64,000 nucleotides of DNA, taken from positions 62,001 through 126,000 of the IMG/VR virus record IMGVR_UViG_3300034073_003542; one strand, given 5' to 3'. Below are positions 9,197 to 19,067 of this stretch, in pieces (positions within the stretch are counted from its first letter, which is position 1; each line of letters starts with the position of its first letter). The notes under the pieces were generated by a model. The model worked only from the letters and a program-made list of their open reading frames with translations, did not search any database and was not told the origin of the DNA. Position numbers and translations under genes: made by a program.

Positions 9197-9553
9197 TTAC
9201 TTTGGGCGAAAAATTGCGTCTTTGTTTCGAATACTGATAGGATTTGACTTATTCTTTTTTCTGTGTTCATCAGCTAGTTCTGTGAAACCCTTTGTTGTTA
9301 TAGTAACAGTACTATTACCGTCAGCATCTTTCTTTTCGACCAACGGAAGATTTTTCTTTCGCTTTTTGGCAACGGCGGGTTCGTTCTTGTTTTTCATTTT
9401 CTTGTTAGCTTGAGTATTAACTTCTGCTTTTTCCAAGCATTTGATTACTTGATCAACAGATAATTTAAGAGCCTCAGAAATTTCTTCTGCGTCTTTCCCT
9501 TCATTATTCATCCAGTAAATTGCATATGTTTGTGTTTTATTTAGTCTAGCCAT
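9197..9553 (-). CDS. Hypothetical basic protein with N-terminal helix-turn-helix
   Basis: GKDAEEISEALKLSVDQVIKCL resembles an HTH; Lys-rich tail. Confidence 0.55.
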   Translation of the reverse strand: MARLNKTQTYAIYWMNNEGKDAEEISEALKLSVDQVIKCLEKAEVNTQANKKMKNKNEPAVAKKRKKNLPLVEKKDADGNSTVTITTKGFTELADEHRKKNKSNPISIRNKDAIFRPK

Positions 9554-9942
9554 TAATTATTCTCCTTGTTTGCCTTGCTCAACCATGATCTATTTAGTGT
9601 TCGTAGATAATTGACATATAACTCAAAAACCTTTGGATTAACCTCAATAAAATTTGTAACCTCGTCTGTTCGTTTCAGTAATGTGTTTGATTGATTTGTT
9701 ACTAGTGGATTTGGATCAAATATATTTCTACGATCATCTACTCTAACAAAAAATCTAGTTTTTCCATTATTTGTTATTGTTTTTGCATAAACGTCTTTGT
9801 CGTTTTTAAGAGCTTTTTCTGTTTTGATGCGAGGGTTTAGTAAATCGTCTAAGAAATCGTTTTTCTTTTTGTGTCCAAAAAATTCATATTCGTTATTGTC
9901 TGATACATTCGGATCTATTTTAAAAATACATTCTTCTGCCAT
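9553..9942 (-). CDS. Hypothetical protein
   Basis: 129-aa ORF, coupled stop/start. Confidence 0.55.
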   Translation of the reverse strand: MAEECIFKIDPNVSDNNEYEFFGHKKKNDFLDDLLNPRIKTEKALKNDKDVYAKTITNNGKTRFFVRVDDRRNIFDPNPLVTNQSNTLLKRTDEVTNFIEVNPKVFELYVNYLRTLNRSWLSKANKENN

Positions 9943-9943
9943 A

Positions 9944-10324
9944 TTAAATCTTCTTTCTTGGGTTCTTTTTTCTTCTAACTTTTTGTGAATTATCAGACCA
10001 TTTAACTGTTTGGTCTGTATTCATCCTTTTCATTCCTTTTGGTAACGCTCCCTTTTGGCGATAGTCATAGTGTTTCTTTTGTAGTCTACTCTTATGGTCG
10101 TCGCTAAATCTATCTCTATTGCGATCAGCTAATTCTCCAAGAGTAAGTTGATCATCGCTTTTTTTTACACTAGTGATCTGTGTAGCAACGTCCAACATAT
10201 AGTTACGGTGCGTTTTTTTACTATTGCAATGAAGACATTTGGGCGATTCTTGATAGTCTTTTATAAAGAAAAAGAGTTCAAATTTTTCGCCGCATTTATC
10301 GCATCCATAACTATACGTTGGCAT
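9944..10324 (-). CDS. FmdB-family zinc-ribbon protein
   Basis: MPTYSYGCDKCGEKFE...SPKCLHCNS signature. Confidence 0.8.
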   Translation of the reverse strand: MPTYSYGCDKCGEKFELFFFIKDYQESPKCLHCNSKKTHRNYMLDVATQITSVKKSDDQLTLGELADRNRDRFSDDHKSRLQKKHYDYRQKGALPKGMKRMNTDQTVKWSDNSQKVRRKKNPRKKI

Positions 10325-10907
10325 TTTGCTTATAACTTTCTGGTAAATATATCGCCCACTCTTCAGGAATACTATCCTTTATTTTAGTTAGATATCTGTT
10401 GATTGGCAAGAATTTACTGCTCTTAGCTGGAACATATGGTAAATGTAGTAATGGCATTTGTGCTTGTTGGGGAGTTCTATTTCCCTTTTTATGATTACAT
10501 TTGACACAACTAGTTGCTATATTTGTCCATACTGTAGGAGTTCCCTTTTTATAGTTCCATAAGCTCTTAGGTATTACGTGATCATATGTTAATTCGCTAC
10601 TATCAAATATCTTATGACAATATAAACAAGTATAATCATCTCTTATGAAAACATTTCTTCTATTAAAGGCGATTCCATGACGACTTGTTTTGAAGAACTT
10701 ACGTGTTCTTACAACAGCAGGAATAGGATACTTACGATCATGAGCACCCTGAATAAAATCATCCTTATAAAAGTCTAGAATATCTACGCCATGTTTATCA
10801 TCTTCTGTATATCCTAAACTCCAACTCATTGCACGAGTCCAAGATACTATACAAAGCGGACTATAATCAGCATTCAAAACTAAACATCTACTGTTTTTGG
10901 TTTTCAT
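10311..10907 (-). CDS. HNH endonuclease (McrA-like)
   Basis: CLVLNADYSPL, RRNVFIRDDYTCLYC, LTYDHVIPKS, NIATSCVKCNHKKG. Confidence 0.9.
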   Translation of the reverse strand: MKTKNSRCLVLNADYSPLCIVSWTRAMSWSLGYTEDDKHGVDILDFYKDDFIQGAHDRKYPIPAVVRTRKFFKTSRHGIAFNRRNVFIRDDYTCLYCHKIFDSSELTYDHVIPKSLWNYKKGTPTVWTNIATSCVKCNHKKGNRTPQQAQMPLLHLPYVPAKSSKFLPINRYLTKIKDSIPEEWAIYLPESYKQNANV

Positions 10908-10937
10908 CGTACAATTCCGAATTAACTATCGTTCCTA

Positions 10938-11684
10938 TTAACTAGACTTTTTGCTATTTTCGTATTCTTTTTCTTCCAACATCTCTAGTCTGTCTAATAT
11001 TTTCTCAATTATGGGATTACGAACAATATCAGTGGTTTCTAGTACAGAAACGCCGATTCCATCTATCCCATACAAAGAGTCAATCATATACTTAAATCCG
11101 CCTCTCATATGATATGGTAGATCAGATTGAGATACGTCGCCAGTAATCACCATTTTACTGTCTCTGCCTATTCGTGTCAAGAGCATTTTTAGTTGATCAT
11201 AGCTTGCGTTTTGGCATTCGTCCGCAATTATAAAACAATTATGAAAATTACGACCCCTCATAAAACCAAATGGAACAATCTCAATCTTATTACTAGCCTT
11301 TAATGAAACATATGTTCCAGCAGCAGAATAATTATTAATCTCATCTAATATTGGTAATAAATACGGATGTAATTTTTCTTCGAAAATTCCTGGTAGAAAA
11401 CCAAGCTTTTCGCCAGCCTCTACAACTGGTCTAGTTATAATAATTTTATTAACTTTATCTTCTAACAAATACTCCAGCGCAGTACCTACTGCACAAGAAG
11501 TTTTTCCGCTCCCTGCTGGGCCATGACACAAAACAATGCTATTTTGATTTATTTTATTGATATAGTCGGCTTGATTAGCAGATCTAGGTTTTACTTTATG
11601 TCTATTAGCAAATCCCTTAAAATTTGTTGGCGGTCCAATATCATTAGTAGCATCTATAACCTTCTTTTTTCTAGTTTTTCTCAA
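10938..11684 (-). CDS. phoH: PhoH-family ATPase
   Basis: GPAGSGKT, IIITRP, LGFLPG, FMRGRNF, DECQN, LLTRIG, GDVSQSD. Confidence 0.95.
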   Translation of the reverse strand: MRKTRKKKVIDATNDIGPPTNFKGFANRHKVKPRSANQADYINKINQNSIVLCHGPAGSGKTSCAVGTALEYLLEDKVNKIIITRPVVEAGEKLGFLPGIFEEKLHPYLLPILDEINNYSAAGTYVSLKASNKIEIVPFGFMRGRNFHNCFIIADECQNASYDQLKMLLTRIGRDSKMVITGDVSQSDLPYHMRGGFKYMIDSLYGIDGIGVSVLETTDIVRNPIIEKILDRLEMLEEKEYENSKKSS

Positions 11685-11739
11685 AGTTAGGTTCCTTTTA
11701 GGGAAGTGTGTTTATAGTAAAATCCTACCATTATATACA

Positions 11740-12162
11740 CTATCCGCTTGATCCAAACCCCTTTTCGCCCCTATTGGTTTCTGTCAATTCGTCGGTTTCC
11801 ACCATAGGGAAATTAAAATGTTGCTCAATAATGACTTGGGCGATTTTGTCTCCATAAGTTATTTCAAATGTTTTTTCTTTGTCTGTATTAATTAGTACAA
11901 CTTTATATTCGCCCGAATATCCACTATCACAAACTCCTGCTAAAACATCAATACCTTGTTTAGCAGCAAGTCCTGATCTTGGGGCGATTCGTGCATAGAA
12001 CCCATCAGGTAATTGTAAACAAATTCCTGTGCCGACAATAGCTCTTTCTCCAGGGGGAATAGAAACCTGTTCGACGGCAAATAAATCAGCCCCTGCGTCT
12101 GTTGGATTATTTCTTTTGGGCGTTATTGCTAATTCATGAATCTTCTTTACTTTAATCATCAT
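11740..12162 (-). CDS. dut: Trimeric dUTPase
   Basis: AGADL, APRSGLA, GVCDSGYSGE, GDKIAQ, RGEKGFGSSG; start set at MMIK after a GGAGGA RBS. Confidence 0.95.
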   Translation of the reverse strand: MMIKVKKIHELAITPKRNNPTDAGADLFAVEQVSIPPGERAIVGTGICLQLPDGFYARIAPRSGLAAKQGIDVLAGVCDSGYSGEYKVVLINTDKEKTFEITYGDKIAQVIIEQHFNFPMVETDELTETNRGEKGFGSSG

Positions 12163-12170
12163 TCCTCCTA

Positions 12171-13829
12171 TTAGGCTTCGCAACTAGAACAGCTCAGAAG
12201 ATTTCTTGCTAATTCCTGAGCAGGATTTGCGCTCCTCTGATAATAAAATGTTTTAACTCCCATCCTCCATCCCTCAATTAGTAGATCGCTAACTTGTTTT
12301 GGTGGAGTATTGGGTGGAACCATAAGATTTAAGGATTGTGCTTGATCTATATATTGTTGACGATTAGCTGCTTGAATAACAATTTCTTTTTGGCTAATCT
12401 CACCAAAGGTCTTAAACACATCTTTTTCTTCTTGAGATAGAAAATCTAAATGTTGAACAGAACCACCCTTAACCAATATGCTCTTCCACACTTCATCATT
12501 ATGTTTATCATATTTTTTCAATAGATCTTTTAGGTGAGGATTTTTAAATGTAAATTTGCCCTTAGCTAAATTCTTAACAAAGTAATTACTGTTAAGCGGC
12601 TCTATACTGGGGCTAACTTGTCCCAATATAAAGGAACTACTTGTTGTTGGAGCAATAGCAAGAGTTGTAACATTTCTTCGCCCATAGCCCTCTAATATTG
12701 GAGCTTCTCCAAATTTTTCGGCTAATTCAATAGTAGCCCTATCCGCCTTTTCTCTTATTGTTTTCCAGATTTGTCCATTAATCATCTTAGCTTGTAGACT
12801 TTCAAATGGAATCATTTTGCTCTGTAGGTATGAATGCCACCCCAATCCGCCCAAACCTAATGCTCTTTGGTTTAGGGCAAAGTTTCTAGCGCTCTTCATA
12901 AATCTTATATTTTCTGTTTTATCTACAAACTCTTGATTAACAGCGTCTAAGAAATATATCATAGTTTCTACTGCATCTGTTTCGGCTATCTCATCCCAAT
13001 GCAATAGATTAAGACTACTTAGTACACACACAAAACTATTGTTCTCATCTGAAAAAAGATTTATTTCCGAGCATAGATTTGACCCACTTATCTTCATGCT
13101 CTTATCTTTATACACTTGAGGAGCATTATTATTTACTGTGTCGGTAAAGAATATATAAGGATAACCAGTTTCAAACCTCTTTTGGATAATTTTGGCCCAA
13201 ATCTTTCTCTTAGACTTATCTCCCTCAACCATACTATTCATCCAAGCATCAGTAATAGTAACCCCAATGCTCATATTCTGAATAGAATGACCTTCTCCTC
13301 TAATCTGCAAAAACTCTTCAATATCCGGATGTTCTACCGGGAGATATGCTGCAAAAGATCCTCTACGTTGCTGACCTTGAGTGATAACATTTGTAGCAGT
13401 ATCGAACATTTCCATGAAATGTACTGGCCCACTACTTTCGCCCCCAACACTAATCTTAGCTCCACGACCTCTTAGATCACCAAAATAACCACTGGTTCCT
13501 CCACCCACTTTGCTCATCATTCCAACTTCTGCTGTTTTGTACAAGATACTAGTGATTGTATCGTCTATATAACTCCCAAAACAAGAAACAGGTAATCCTC
13601 GTTTATTTCCGAAATTCGTAATGACTGGTGTGCTTAATGAATAAAAACCTTTTGATAAATAGTTATAGAATTTATCAGAGAACCCAGATACACCCAATAT
13701 CTTTTCTGCATTATCTGAAATTTGTCTATATCGTACTTCTGGCTCTGTACCTTCTTCTAGGTAACCGCGTTCTAAAAATAGTCTTGAGTGCTTATTTAGC
13801 CAATAAAATGGTTCATTTACTTTTGTCAT
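12171..13829 (-). CDS. nrdA: Class I ribonucleotide reductase alpha subunit (compact, no ATP cone)
   Basis: PVSCF, GGGTSG, RRGSFAAYL, SNLCSEI, AIAPTTSSS, IDQAQSLNL, KTFYYQR, C-terminal CSSC. Confidence 0.93.
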   Translation of the reverse strand: MTKVNEPFYWLNKHSRLFLERGYLEEGTEPEVRYRQISDNAEKILGVSGFSDKFYNYLSKGFYSLSTPVITNFGNKRGLPVSCFGSYIDDTITSILYKTAEVGMMSKVGGGTSGYFGDLRGRGAKISVGGESSGPVHFMEMFDTATNVITQGQQRRGSFAAYLPVEHPDIEEFLQIRGEGHSIQNMSIGVTITDAWMNSMVEGDKSKRKIWAKIIQKRFETGYPYIFFTDTVNNNAPQVYKDKSMKISGSNLCSEINLFSDENNSFVCVLSSLNLLHWDEIAETDAVETMIYFLDAVNQEFVDKTENIRFMKSARNFALNQRALGLGGLGWHSYLQSKMIPFESLQAKMINGQIWKTIREKADRATIELAEKFGEAPILEGYGRRNVTTLAIAPTTSSSFILGQVSPSIEPLNSNYFVKNLAKGKFTFKNPHLKDLLKKYDKHNDEVWKSILVKGGSVQHLDFLSQEEKDVFKTFGEISQKEIVIQAANRQQYIDQAQSLNLMVPPNTPPKQVSDLLIEGWRMGVKTFYYQRSANPAQELARNLLSCSSCEA

Positions 13830-13853
13830 AAATATTTATATCCTAATTAACTT

Positions 13854-15800
13854 TTAAAATAATTCGTCTACACTAAAACATACTGAATTTTTAGAGTATT
13901 CAACTGGTCTTGAGTTAAAGAAGTCTGTCATATTATTGCCTAGAATCTGTTCATCAAACCATGTTGTTTTTTTAAGCATTTCGTTGTCTACTCCAAATAC
14001 TGATTCATAGCCAATTTCTTTCAGAGAGGCATTTAAGCGATCCTTAATATATTCTTTCAAAAGATTTGAATTAAGATATTCGCTCTCATATCCATTAACG
14101 ATCCAATCAATGATCTCGCACTCATATTTTACTGCTTCTTTGGCTTCGTGCAAGATTTTTTTCTCTAGCTGTTCATCGAATAGGTCTGGATGTTCTTCTT
14201 TAATAGTATTAATGATTTTTATTCCAATCATAGAATGCAAACAATTTCCTGCAATAAATGTTTTACCGTCTAGTCTTGTTATAATAGCTCCAGAATCCAC
14301 TGATACGCAATATACATTGCCATTGTATTTAGTTATAGTTTTCTTTATTCCGTGTGAAACTGGATTATGGTCTATTTTTCTTAATCCAAGCTTATAACAT
14401 GGACTATCTTCATATCCTTCTTTTGTATTAGCATAGTAACTTGTTGCATACCCAGCACATATTGCTATAGATTGAACCATATCGATACACGATTTATTAG
14501 TAGAAGAATACCCTATACTGTCAGAGTCAGACCTTTTATATCCATCCCACTCAACTACTTCTTGTATAAAGTCTTCACACCATTCTAGAGATTTATTTTT
14601 AAGATCGACCCAATCAAAAGATTTATAGTCAAAATCATGATTAAATGTTATTCTATAGATAACTTCATTATCTTTATTTGGTTCTGATTTAGTATATGGA
14701 ATATTGCTCTTATTTAATATCCATTCCAGTCTCTCTTTTTTTCTATCCTTAGTTAATGCAAAAGAGTGTGTTTGCCCGCCATTTTTTCCTCTTTTTATTT
14801 TTTCTGCTTTGGTATTTTTCCAATACAAAATAGATCCGTCTGCTTGAATAGCTATCTTAAGTCTGTCTTCGTAAGACAAAATATTGTCTCCATCATTGTT
14901 TAATGTGCCACTAATTGGTATTTTTATATTTTTATGTAACTTAAGATCAATTGCTTTCTTTTTTTTGTAGTTGTCATAATTATCAAAGTAAACCATATCA
15001 TGATTTGGAGTAACTATGCACTTGTTTCCAGATCTACTAAAAGCGATAACATCTCCAGTATATTTTTTATTAGTTTTATGATTGACTTTAGTAAATTCTA
15101 TTAATCCTTCTGGAGTATATTGAGCTACATCATCTCCTACATTAATATCTCTAAAATCTACCCATCCTTTTGGGGTTAGTATTTCAGTGCCTTCAATATA
15201 GCATTCTTCTCTTGATGTATACTCAACCTGCTTATTTGTATCTTTTAGCATATTCTTAAATCGCCCAAAATAGCTAATAGTATAAAACTGACTAAATAGA
15301 GCAATATTTTCAACAAATAAAGTAAACAAAATTAATGAATAGATGAATTGTTTTTTATTATCTTCGTGGAATTTGTGTAGATGTTTGCGTAAGTAGTTTA
15401 CGCGTCCCTTAATAATATCTAATTCTAAAATCTTCTCAAAATTATCATCAATACCAAGTACTTCTAATAAACGCTCATAAGCATCCCCATGAATGACTTC
15501 AACATGAGCCATTGTATAACCAAGATCATTAAGAGAAGGATGAGGTAAATTCTCTCCCAGCTTCGCCCAAAACTTCTTGACCGAAATCTCTAATTGACCA
15601 ATTGTTGAAAGGGCGCGAATTATAATCTGTTGTTCTTGATCTGTTAAATTAACCAAAAAATCCTGTTTGTCGCTTTGGAAGTTGAATTCTCTGTGCGTCC
15701 AGAAGCCGTTGTGCATAGCTTCAATAAAGTCTTGGGTCCAGGGATAGTGATCAGGTTTACGGGAAATTTGTTCATTAAATATCATCTTTGATTGCTCCAT
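13854..15800 (-). CDS. nrdB: Class I ribonucleotide reductase beta subunit with intein
   Basis: EAMHNGFW, EVIHGDAY, FVENIALFSQF, SREE|CLH iron-ligand motif split by an intein, DFFNSRPVEY. Confidence 0.93.
   Translation of the reverse strand: MEQSKMIFNEQISRKPDHYPWTQDFIEAMHNGFWTHREFNFQSDKQDFLVNLTDQEQQIIIRALSTIGQLEISVKKFWAKLGENLPHPSLNDLGYTMAHVEVIHGDAYERLLEVLGIDDNFEKILELDIIKGRVNYLRKHLHKFHEDNKKQFIYSLILFTLFVENIALFSQFYTISYFGRFKNMLKDTNKQVEYTSREECYIEGTEILTPKGWVDFRDINVGDDVAQYTPEGLIEFTKVNHKTNKKYTGDVIAFSRSGNKCIVTPNHDMVYFDNYDNYKKKKAIDLKLHKNIKIPISGTLNNDGDNILSYEDRLKIAIQADGSILYWKNTKAEKIKRGKNGGQTHSFALTKDRKKERLEWILNKSNIPYTKSEPNKDNEVIYRITFNHDFDYKSFDWVDLKNKSLEWCEDFIQEVVEWDGYKRSDSDSIGYSSTNKSCIDMVQSIAICAGYATSYYANTKEGYEDSPCYKLGLRKIDHNPVSHGIKKTITKYNGNVYCVSVDSGAIITRLDGKTFIAGNCLHSMIGIKIINTIKEEHPDLFDEQLEKKILHEAKEAVKYECEIIDWIVNGYESEYLNSNLLKEYIKDRLNASLKEIGYESVFGVDNEMLKKTTWFDEQILGNNMTDFFNSRPVEYSKNSVCFSVDELF
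14244..15203 (-). mobile_element. 320-aa class 1 intein in NrdB with degenerate LAGLIDADG region, ends GN
   Basis: CYIEGTEILTPKG...VTPNH...IAIQADG...VVEWDG...VYCVSV...TFIAGN|C. Confidence 0.9.
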
Positions 15801-15830
15801 TTAAAATAGGTGTACTTTGTCTCCACAATG

Positions 15831-15965
15831 TTACAGTTTTTTATTCAACAGAGCTACCATGCCTATTAAAACGGATGCTCGAAAGGAGGTTTCCGCTGTA
15901 GAATGTCCATAAAAAAGATCATATGAGTATATCAGCATGGAAATATAAAAAATAACATTCATCAT
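15831..15965 (-). CDS. Small hydrophobic protein, 44 aa (below ORF-track cutoff)
   Basis: MMNVIFYISMLIYSYDLFYGHSTAETSFRASVLIGMVALLNKKL; fills the gap between the dCMP deaminase gene and nrdB. Confidence 0.5.
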   Translation of the reverse strand: MMNVIFYISMLIYSYDLFYGHSTAETSFRASVLIGMVALLNKKL

Positions 15966-15990
15966 ATCTGTCTCTGTTGTTTTGGTAATC

Positions 15991-16491
15991 TTACAATACA
16001 CCACTCAATTGTTTCAGCCAATCATAGTTTGGCTCAAAATATTCTATTTCGATACCTGTCATTTTAACAAATTGGTCAAATAGTTTTTGTTGATTTTCAT
16101 CAAATAGATGAGTCCCATGAGATTTAGCCATAACGATTTTTGTGATGCCATTTTGCCACAGCGTCATGGCGCAATTATTGCAACATTGACCGGTTACATA
16201 TGCTATTGCGTTGTCTGGCCTAATAACACAATTAGCCAAACTATTTATTTCACTATGGATGAAGACCGCATATTTAGCGGGTCTTTCTAAGGGTAGTTCT
16301 TTATCGTGCATTCCTTTGGGAAATCCATTATAGCCAACCCCCAATATCCTATTTTGTCTATCCGTAATGACACAGCCATGTTGCGTATGAATATCGTGCG
16401 ATCTTTGTGAGGCTACTTTTGCTAGACCAAGAAAATAATTGGTCCAGTCGGGTCTTGTGCGATGTGTTGGATTTTCGTTTGGCATAGTCAC
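15991..16491 (-). CDS. dCMP deaminase
   Basis: RSHD, GCVI, GYNGFP, HSEINSL, GQCCNNC zinc motif; true start may be MPNE at 16485. Confidence 0.9.
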   Translation of the reverse strand: MTMPNENPTHRTRPDWTNYFLGLAKVASQRSHDIHTQHGCVITDRQNRILGVGYNGFPKGMHDKELPLERPAKYAVFIHSEINSLANCVIRPDNAIAYVTGQCCNNCAMTLWQNGITKIVMAKSHGTHLFDENQQKLFDQFVKMTGIEIEYFEPNYDWLKQLSGVL

Positions 16492-16493
16492 AT

Positions 16494-16522
16494 ATTATAT
16501 CGAGAGACAGCCTATGTGTCAA
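16494..16522 (-). promoter_or_regulatory. Consensus sigma70-type promoter for the dNTP/replication operon
   Basis: TTGACA (16522-16517)-17 nt-TATAAT (16499-16494). Confidence 0.85.
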
Positions 16523-16536
16523 GTTGTCGTTATTAG

Positions 16537-19065
16537 TTAGATGTATGAAGAAAAGAATCCTCCGGCTAATATTTTATTATCGCTTTGAAGCTCTATTGAC
16601 ATTATATTTGGATTATCAAATCCCGTAGAGGTTATGAAGGATGTATCTAAAGAGCCGTCAGAGTTTAGTCTAGCCATACCGTTTCTTGTTACTTCATTAT
16701 ATGATGTAAACTGTCCAACACAAACGATTTTTCCATCTGGCTGTATTATAGTTTTTCTTACTCTATTATTAAATCCAGTGCCGCCAACATTAAACGTATT
16801 GTCTATAGATCCATCTGTATTTATTCTAGTTATTCTATTTTGGGTAACCCCATTATAGCTAGTGAATTGACCACAGCATATAATTTTACCATCAGATTGT
16901 ATTGATATATGTTCAACTGGTTGAAAAAATCCGACCCCAATATTAAATGTATTATCAATAGAACCATCAGTATTTATTCTAACTATTCTATTTGTTGCAT
17001 ATCCATTATATGAGACAAAATATCCTCCAATAATTAATTTTTGATTCGACTGAACAGCTACGCATAGCGTTGTATTGTTGAATCCAGACCCTATATTAAA
17101 TGTCTCATCTATAGACGCATTAGAATTTAATCTAACGACATATGGGCAGCTAGTTGATTGATAAGAAGAAAACCTACCCACACATACAATTTTTTCGTCA
17201 TTTTGTATTGCTGAACCGTATATATGATCACTAGCTCCAGCATTCACATTAAATGTGTTATCTACAGACCCGTCTGTATTAAGTCTAACTATTCTGTTTG
17301 TTGGTAAAGTGAATTCTCCAACTACAACAATTTTATTGTCTGGCTGTATAATAATATTATATGGAGGAAAATTTAACCCTTGAGTGAATGGCATATCTAC
17401 AGTTCCGTTAGAATTGAGTCTAATAAGTGCAAATTTTGCGACACCATTATAAGAGCGAAAGCCTCCGCCTATTAGTATCTTATTATCTGCTTGAACTTTA
17501 ATTGTTGTAACTGAGTTGTCAAAACCAGTACCAACATTAAAGTCGTTGTCTGCTACTGAATTAGAATTTAAACGAATAATATTGCGATAATTAGTATTAA
17601 TAATATCCTCAAAAGACTCGCCAATTGTATCAGTAATACAATCAGCTATTTGTTTTCCTACACTGCTAACCGTAGCACAGTTTTTTAGTCTTGCTCCGAT
17701 AGAGTCAGTGGTTGTTAGTTCCGAAACCGGTGTGTTCCAGAAATCTTGAGTATTTTCTATTTGTAGTGTTCCAAGAGTATTATCTACTGGCACATTTATC
17801 AGTACAGAATTTATCGGCGGTACTATCATAGTACCAGTAACCGCCACATTATAAACAATGCCATCTCTAACATCTTCTGGATTTACATCTATAGCTCCAA
17901 CCGGATCTACAAGAGCTTTTTTAGTTGAAAGATAACGATACATCAAAATTTTATTATTTGTAACATCTTTAAATCTTATTGTTCCGTTGGTTGGACTAGC
18001 GCCCAAATCACCATATTCAGCTTCTTCTATATAACATACTCTAGTTGATACACAACTGACACCAGGTCCGCCCGCTACTCCAGAGCCGCCTATTGCTTTG
18101 AATAAATTTATATCACCTCCAGAAGCGCCAGTTATATTAAGACCTATTGCTGATAAACTAGAACTTCCTCCCGTAGCAATACCGGCACCGCTGACAGTCA
18201 AAGTACCGCCTGCGCTAAAATTGACTGCGTTAGCAGATGAAACTGAATGACCATTAATGCTGCCAACAATAATAGTGTTCCCACTTGCTTGAGTGATGTT
18301 AGCACCGACACTACTAGTGCCTGATCCGGCACTTATATTTCCTATTATATTTATATTTAAATTTGTACTTGTACTTATTATTTCTAAACCAGGAGCAGCA
18401 GTTCCTCCTGTAACATTGCCATTAATTGTAATTGTAGCAAGTACACTTGATAAAGTTGAATAGTAAAAACCATTTGCTCCCGTATTTACTGAGCCGCCCG
18501 TTACATTGCCATTAATTGTAATAGAAGAATTGTCGCCAGTTATATATAAACCCCAAGCACTATTTGCCGAGCCGCCGGTTACGTTTCCATATATAATAAT
18601 AGTGGAATTTGAACCGCTACAAGCAAATCCAAAACCAGATGTGCTTGTTCCTCCTAATATATTTCCTGTTATTGTAATAACACCATTACTTCCTGACCAT
18701 ATTAATCCATCACCTGTCGTCCCGCCAGTTATATCTCCATTAATTGCAAGAGTTCTGTTCGCTGTAGAGTTAGTAAATAAATTGTTTACACCCCCAGTGA
18801 TTAAGTCACAATTTAAAGTCAAACCACTAGCTGCTAATTGAAAAGTGCCACTAGCTGTAGCTCCATCAAAATTTGTATTTCTAATAGAATCTACTGTGAA
18901 TCCAACATTAACCTGAATAATAAAACCATTACTCATCAACACATCAGACGCAGTAAAGCTTCCAAAATAATCTCCTGCTGTGCCTGCGGGCGTAGTTGCC
19001 CAAACATCTACATCATTCACATTACCATTTTTTCTTGCAAAATATGTTGCCATTATTATCTCCAA
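16537..19065 (-). CDS. Adhesin/receptor-binding protein: Gly/Thr/Asn-rich beta-helix plus C-terminal delta-60-like beta-propeller repeats
   Basis: ITINGNVTGG repeats; about 6-7 copies of RLNxDGSxDxTFNxGxGF...QxDxKIxxxGxFxSYN; paralogue of 19068-20417. Confidence 0.75.
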   Translation of the reverse strand: MEIIMATYFARKNGNVNDVDVWATTPAGTAGDYFGSFTASDVLMSNGFIIQVNVGFTVDSIRNTNFDGATASGTFQLAASGLTLNCDLITGGVNNLFTNSTANRTLAINGDITGGTTGDGLIWSGSNGVITITGNILGGTSTSGFGFACSGSNSTIIIYGNVTGGSANSAWGLYITGDNSSITINGNVTGGSVNTGANGFYYSTLSSVLATITINGNVTGGTAAPGLEIISTSTNLNINIIGNISAGSGTSSVGANITQASGNTIIVGSINGHSVSSANAVNFSAGGTLTVSGAGIATGGSSSLSAIGLNITGASGGDINLFKAIGGSGVAGGPGVSCVSTRVCYIEEAEYGDLGASPTNGTIRFKDVTNNKILMYRYLSTKKALVDPVGAIDVNPEDVRDGIVYNVAVTGTMIVPPINSVLINVPVDNTLGTLQIENTQDFWNTPVSELTTTDSIGARLKNCATVSSVGKQIADCITDTIGESFEDIINTNYRNIIRLNSNSVADNDFNVGTGFDNSVTTIKVQADNKILIGGGFRSYNGVAKFALIRLNSNGTVDMPFTQGLNFPPYNIIIQPDNKIVVVGEFTLPTNRIVRLNTDGSVDNTFNVNAGASDHIYGSAIQNDEKIVCVGRFSSYQSTSCPYVVRLNSNASIDETFNIGSGFNNTTLCVAVQSNQKLIIGGYFVSYNGYATNRIVRINTDGSIDNTFNIGVGFFQPVEHISIQSDGKIICCGQFTSYNGVTQNRITRINTDGSIDNTFNVGGTGFNNRVRKTIIQPDGKIVCVGQFTSYNEVTRNGMARLNSDGSLDTSFITSTGFDNPNIMSIELQSDNKILAGGFFSSYI

Positions 19066-19067
19066 AT

